Of a stretch of DNA of 64,000 nucleotides, positions 62,035-64,000 are shown piece by piece. Both the position numbers and the translations under genes were made by a program. Below the pieces are notes generated by a model, which worked only from the letters and a program-made list of their open reading frames with translations, had not been told where the DNA came from and made no database searches. The DNA is taken from the NCBI GenBank assembly GCA_902564265.1, contig CACFAI010000005.1, forward strand, positions 404-64,403, written 5' to 3'. Source of the DNA: an uncultured Pelagibacteraceae bacterium (GTDB lineage: Bacteria > Pseudomonadota > Alphaproteobacteria > Pelagibacterales > Pelagibacteraceae). Position 1 is the stretch's first letter. Each line of letters begins with the position of its first letter.

Positions 62035-63003
62035 ATGAATTTCAAAATTGACAACTTACAATATTGTAAATGGGATAGGTCAGTTTTTGAAATCAATCGT
62101 GAGGCTGGACTAGACGCAGTTCACGTCACAATAGTATATCATGAAGATTTTGATGAATTACAAAAAAGAATTTTAGAATGGAAAGAACATTTTAAAAACC
62201 ATGATGATTTAATTTTCTTAGGAAAAGACTTTAGAGACATTGAGAAAGCTAAGAAAAATAACAAAACTGCGATATTTTTTGGGTTTCAAAATTGTTCACC
62301 AATTGAGGATGATATAAATCTTATTGAGAAGGTTCATGAACTTGGCTGTAGATTTATGCAACTTACTTATAACAACCAATCCTTATTAGCCTCTGGTTGC
62401 TATGAAAAAATTGATAGTGGAGTTACTAATTTTGGTAAAGAGGCAATAAAAGAGATGAATAGGGTGGGTATCGTTATTGATATGTCTCATTCGGGTGAAA
62501 AAAGCACCTTTGATGCAATTGAATTAAGCCAAAAACCAATTGCGATAACTCATTCCAACCCAAATTTTTGGCATAAAGCAAAAAGAAATAAGTCAGATGA
62601 TTTGCTTAAAACATTATCTCAAAGTGGAGGCATGTTAGGATTTTCTCTTTACCCTCATCATCTTAATGACAATTCAAATTGTAAATTAGAAAATTTTTGT
62701 AAAATGGTTGCGAGGACTGCTGAAATAATGGATGTAAAAAATCTTGGTATTGGTTCAGACTTGTGTTTAAACCAGCCAGATGAGATCGTAGAATGGATGA
62801 GGAATGGAACTTGGACAAAAAAAACGGTTTACGGAGAAGGAACAGTCAATAATACGGGTTTTCCAGACCAACCCAGTTGGTTTAAAGATGCTAGAGGATT
62901 TAAAAATATTGAGAGTGGACTTAAAAAAATTGGATTTAATTTGGATGAGATTAATGGAATACTGGGTAATAACTGGTATAATTTTTACAAAGGTATTAGT
63001 TAA
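62035..63003 (+). CDS. M19 membrane/renal dipeptidase-family amidohydrolase
   Basis: QLTYN, ID.SH, THSN, RNKSD, GIGSD; likely ATG at 62035. Confidence 0.88.
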   Translation: MNFKIDNLQYCKWDRSVFEINREAGLDAVHVTIVYHEDFDELQKRILEWKEHFKNHDDLIFLGKDFRDIEKAKKNNKTAIFFGFQNCSPIEDDINLIEKVHELGCRFMQLTYNNQSLLASGCYEKIDSGVTNFGKEAIKEMNRVGIVIDMSHSGEKSTFDAIELSQKPIAITHSNPNFWHKAKRNKSDDLLKTLSQSGGMLGFSLYPHHLNDNSNCKLENFCKMVARTAEIMDVKNLGIGSDLCLNQPDEIVEWMRNGTWTKKTVYGEGTVNNTGFPDQPSWFKDARGFKNIESGLKKIGFNLDEINGILGNNWYNFYKGIS

Positions 63004-64000
63004 TGCAAATTGAATTAAGAGACCCAAAAAAAATAATGAAATTAAAACGTCTTGGTTCTTTTCACCAATCAAAACTTTCATTTTTAAGATCTTTTTTGAG
63101 AGAGTTTTATTCCTGGGATTATAAAAGAGAATTATTTGAACTTGATAATGATGGATATGGTGTTGCCGTTTACTCTTTTAAAAAAGAAAAAAGAAAATAC
63201 TCTTTGGTTTGTTTTGCAAATAAATTAGATAATAATGAAAGATCAGATAGAGTAATAGCAACAAAATGGGATGCATCGTTTACTTTGTACGATGGTATTC
63301 CAACAAAAAAGGATATTGAAAGATTGTCATTAAATGTTCCGCGACAAGAAATAGGAAGGATGACTTATAAAGAGTTGACTTTGTCAAGAGCAAACAAGTC
63401 AATAAGAGCTTTTAATTATGTTGTAGAATGTTTATCGGATGGCAATCAACCCTCTATAAAAAAGTTGTCTGAGATTGGATATCTATACAGAACGACCGCA
63501 GTATATGGATCGGGTAAATTTGGTCTAGCTGATCGGTTTAGAATTAAAAATAGACCAGAGATACATGGGCCCTTTAGACTAGAAATGATGTTGGTATACT
63601 TTGTAAGACAATTTACAATTGATCAAGTAAATTTTATCTCAAAAAATAAAAATCCTAGAAAAGCTGTTGAATTAGATAAAAATATTGCAAGAAGTTTAGG
63701 TATTGGAAATTCAACTGGATTAGGGATGGCACCGTTTATAGTCAATCACCCTATACTTCTAAATAATTGGATATTAGCAAGAGAAACTGCTTTAAAAAAA
63801 ATAAGGGAGATTAAAGATGTAAAACAAGAGGATTTCAATTATTTTTTTGAATGTTTAAAGAATTCTATAAACAATATAAATACTTGGAATACAGATAGTG
63901 ATTATCAAAAAGAAAAAATAAAAAATCTGAAGATAGATCTCATCAAATTTATAAAATATTTAGAACAAGAATTTGATAAAAGAAAAGAATATTTATTCAA
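63003..64000 (+). CDS. Conserved hypothetical protein, 3' end truncated
   Basis: Not in ORF track. ATG overlaps the dipeptidase TAA; open to window end: MQIELRDP...RLGSFHQSKLSF...ERSDRVIATKWD...SRANKS...GYLYRTTAVYGSGKFG...GIGNSTGLGMAPF..NHP. Confidence 0.85.
   Translation, partial: MQIELRDPKKIMKLKRLGSFHQSKLSFLRSFLREFYSWDYKRELFELDNDGYGVAVYSFKKEKRKYSLVCFANKLDNNERSDRVIATKWDASFTLYDGIPTKKDIERLSLNVPRQEIGRMTYKELTLSRANKSIRAFNYVVECLSDGNQPSIKKLSEIGYLYRTTAVYGSGKFGLADRFRIKNRPEIHGPFRLEMMLVYFVRQFTIDQVNFISKNKNPRKAVELDKNIARSLGIGNSTGLGMAPFIVNHPILLNNWILARETALKKIREIKDVKQEDFNYFFECLKNSINNINTWNTDSDYQKEKIKNLKIDLIKFIKYLEQEFDKRKEYLF

Overview
AT-rich, very tightly packed alphaproteobacterial chromosome segment. Proteorhodopsin-ferredoxin-reductase-GST synteny, a CBS-less guaB and minimal intergenic space point to SAR11/Pelagibacterales (inference). 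It holds about 58 CDS and one tRNA-Leu(GAG). I saw no mobile element, prophage, rRNA or CRISPR. Content: NAD, pyrimidine and purine synthesis (nadA/nadC, pyrC, guaAB, purEK), a blue-tuned proteorhodopsin, SOS genes (umuDC, recA) with alphaproteobacterial LexA boxes, envelope glycosyltransferases, TCA and C1 genes (icd, acnA, fhs), and an amine/osmolyte region at 33-64 kb. Best candidate for an undescribed system: a dispersed set made of a two-Cys EutA-like racemase, an EutD-like ring hydrolase, a Pot-type ABC importer, an ArgE-type deacetylase and a diaminopropionate ammonia-lyase lacking the D-isomer catalytic Asp. Together these could degrade a five-membered ectoine analogue or N-acetyl-diaminopropionate to pyruvate plus ammonium. 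Other notable signals: an exact 31-bp inverted copy of an internal gene segment that frameshifts an MBL hydrolase; an unannotated 41-aa membrane ORF coupled to the agmatinase; a LexA/DnaA/GANTC cluster between umuDC and tandem GFA genes; a stringent-type dksA promoter; and an uncharacterised dipeptidase plus hypothetical pair. All assignments come from reading motifs by eye; no searches were run.
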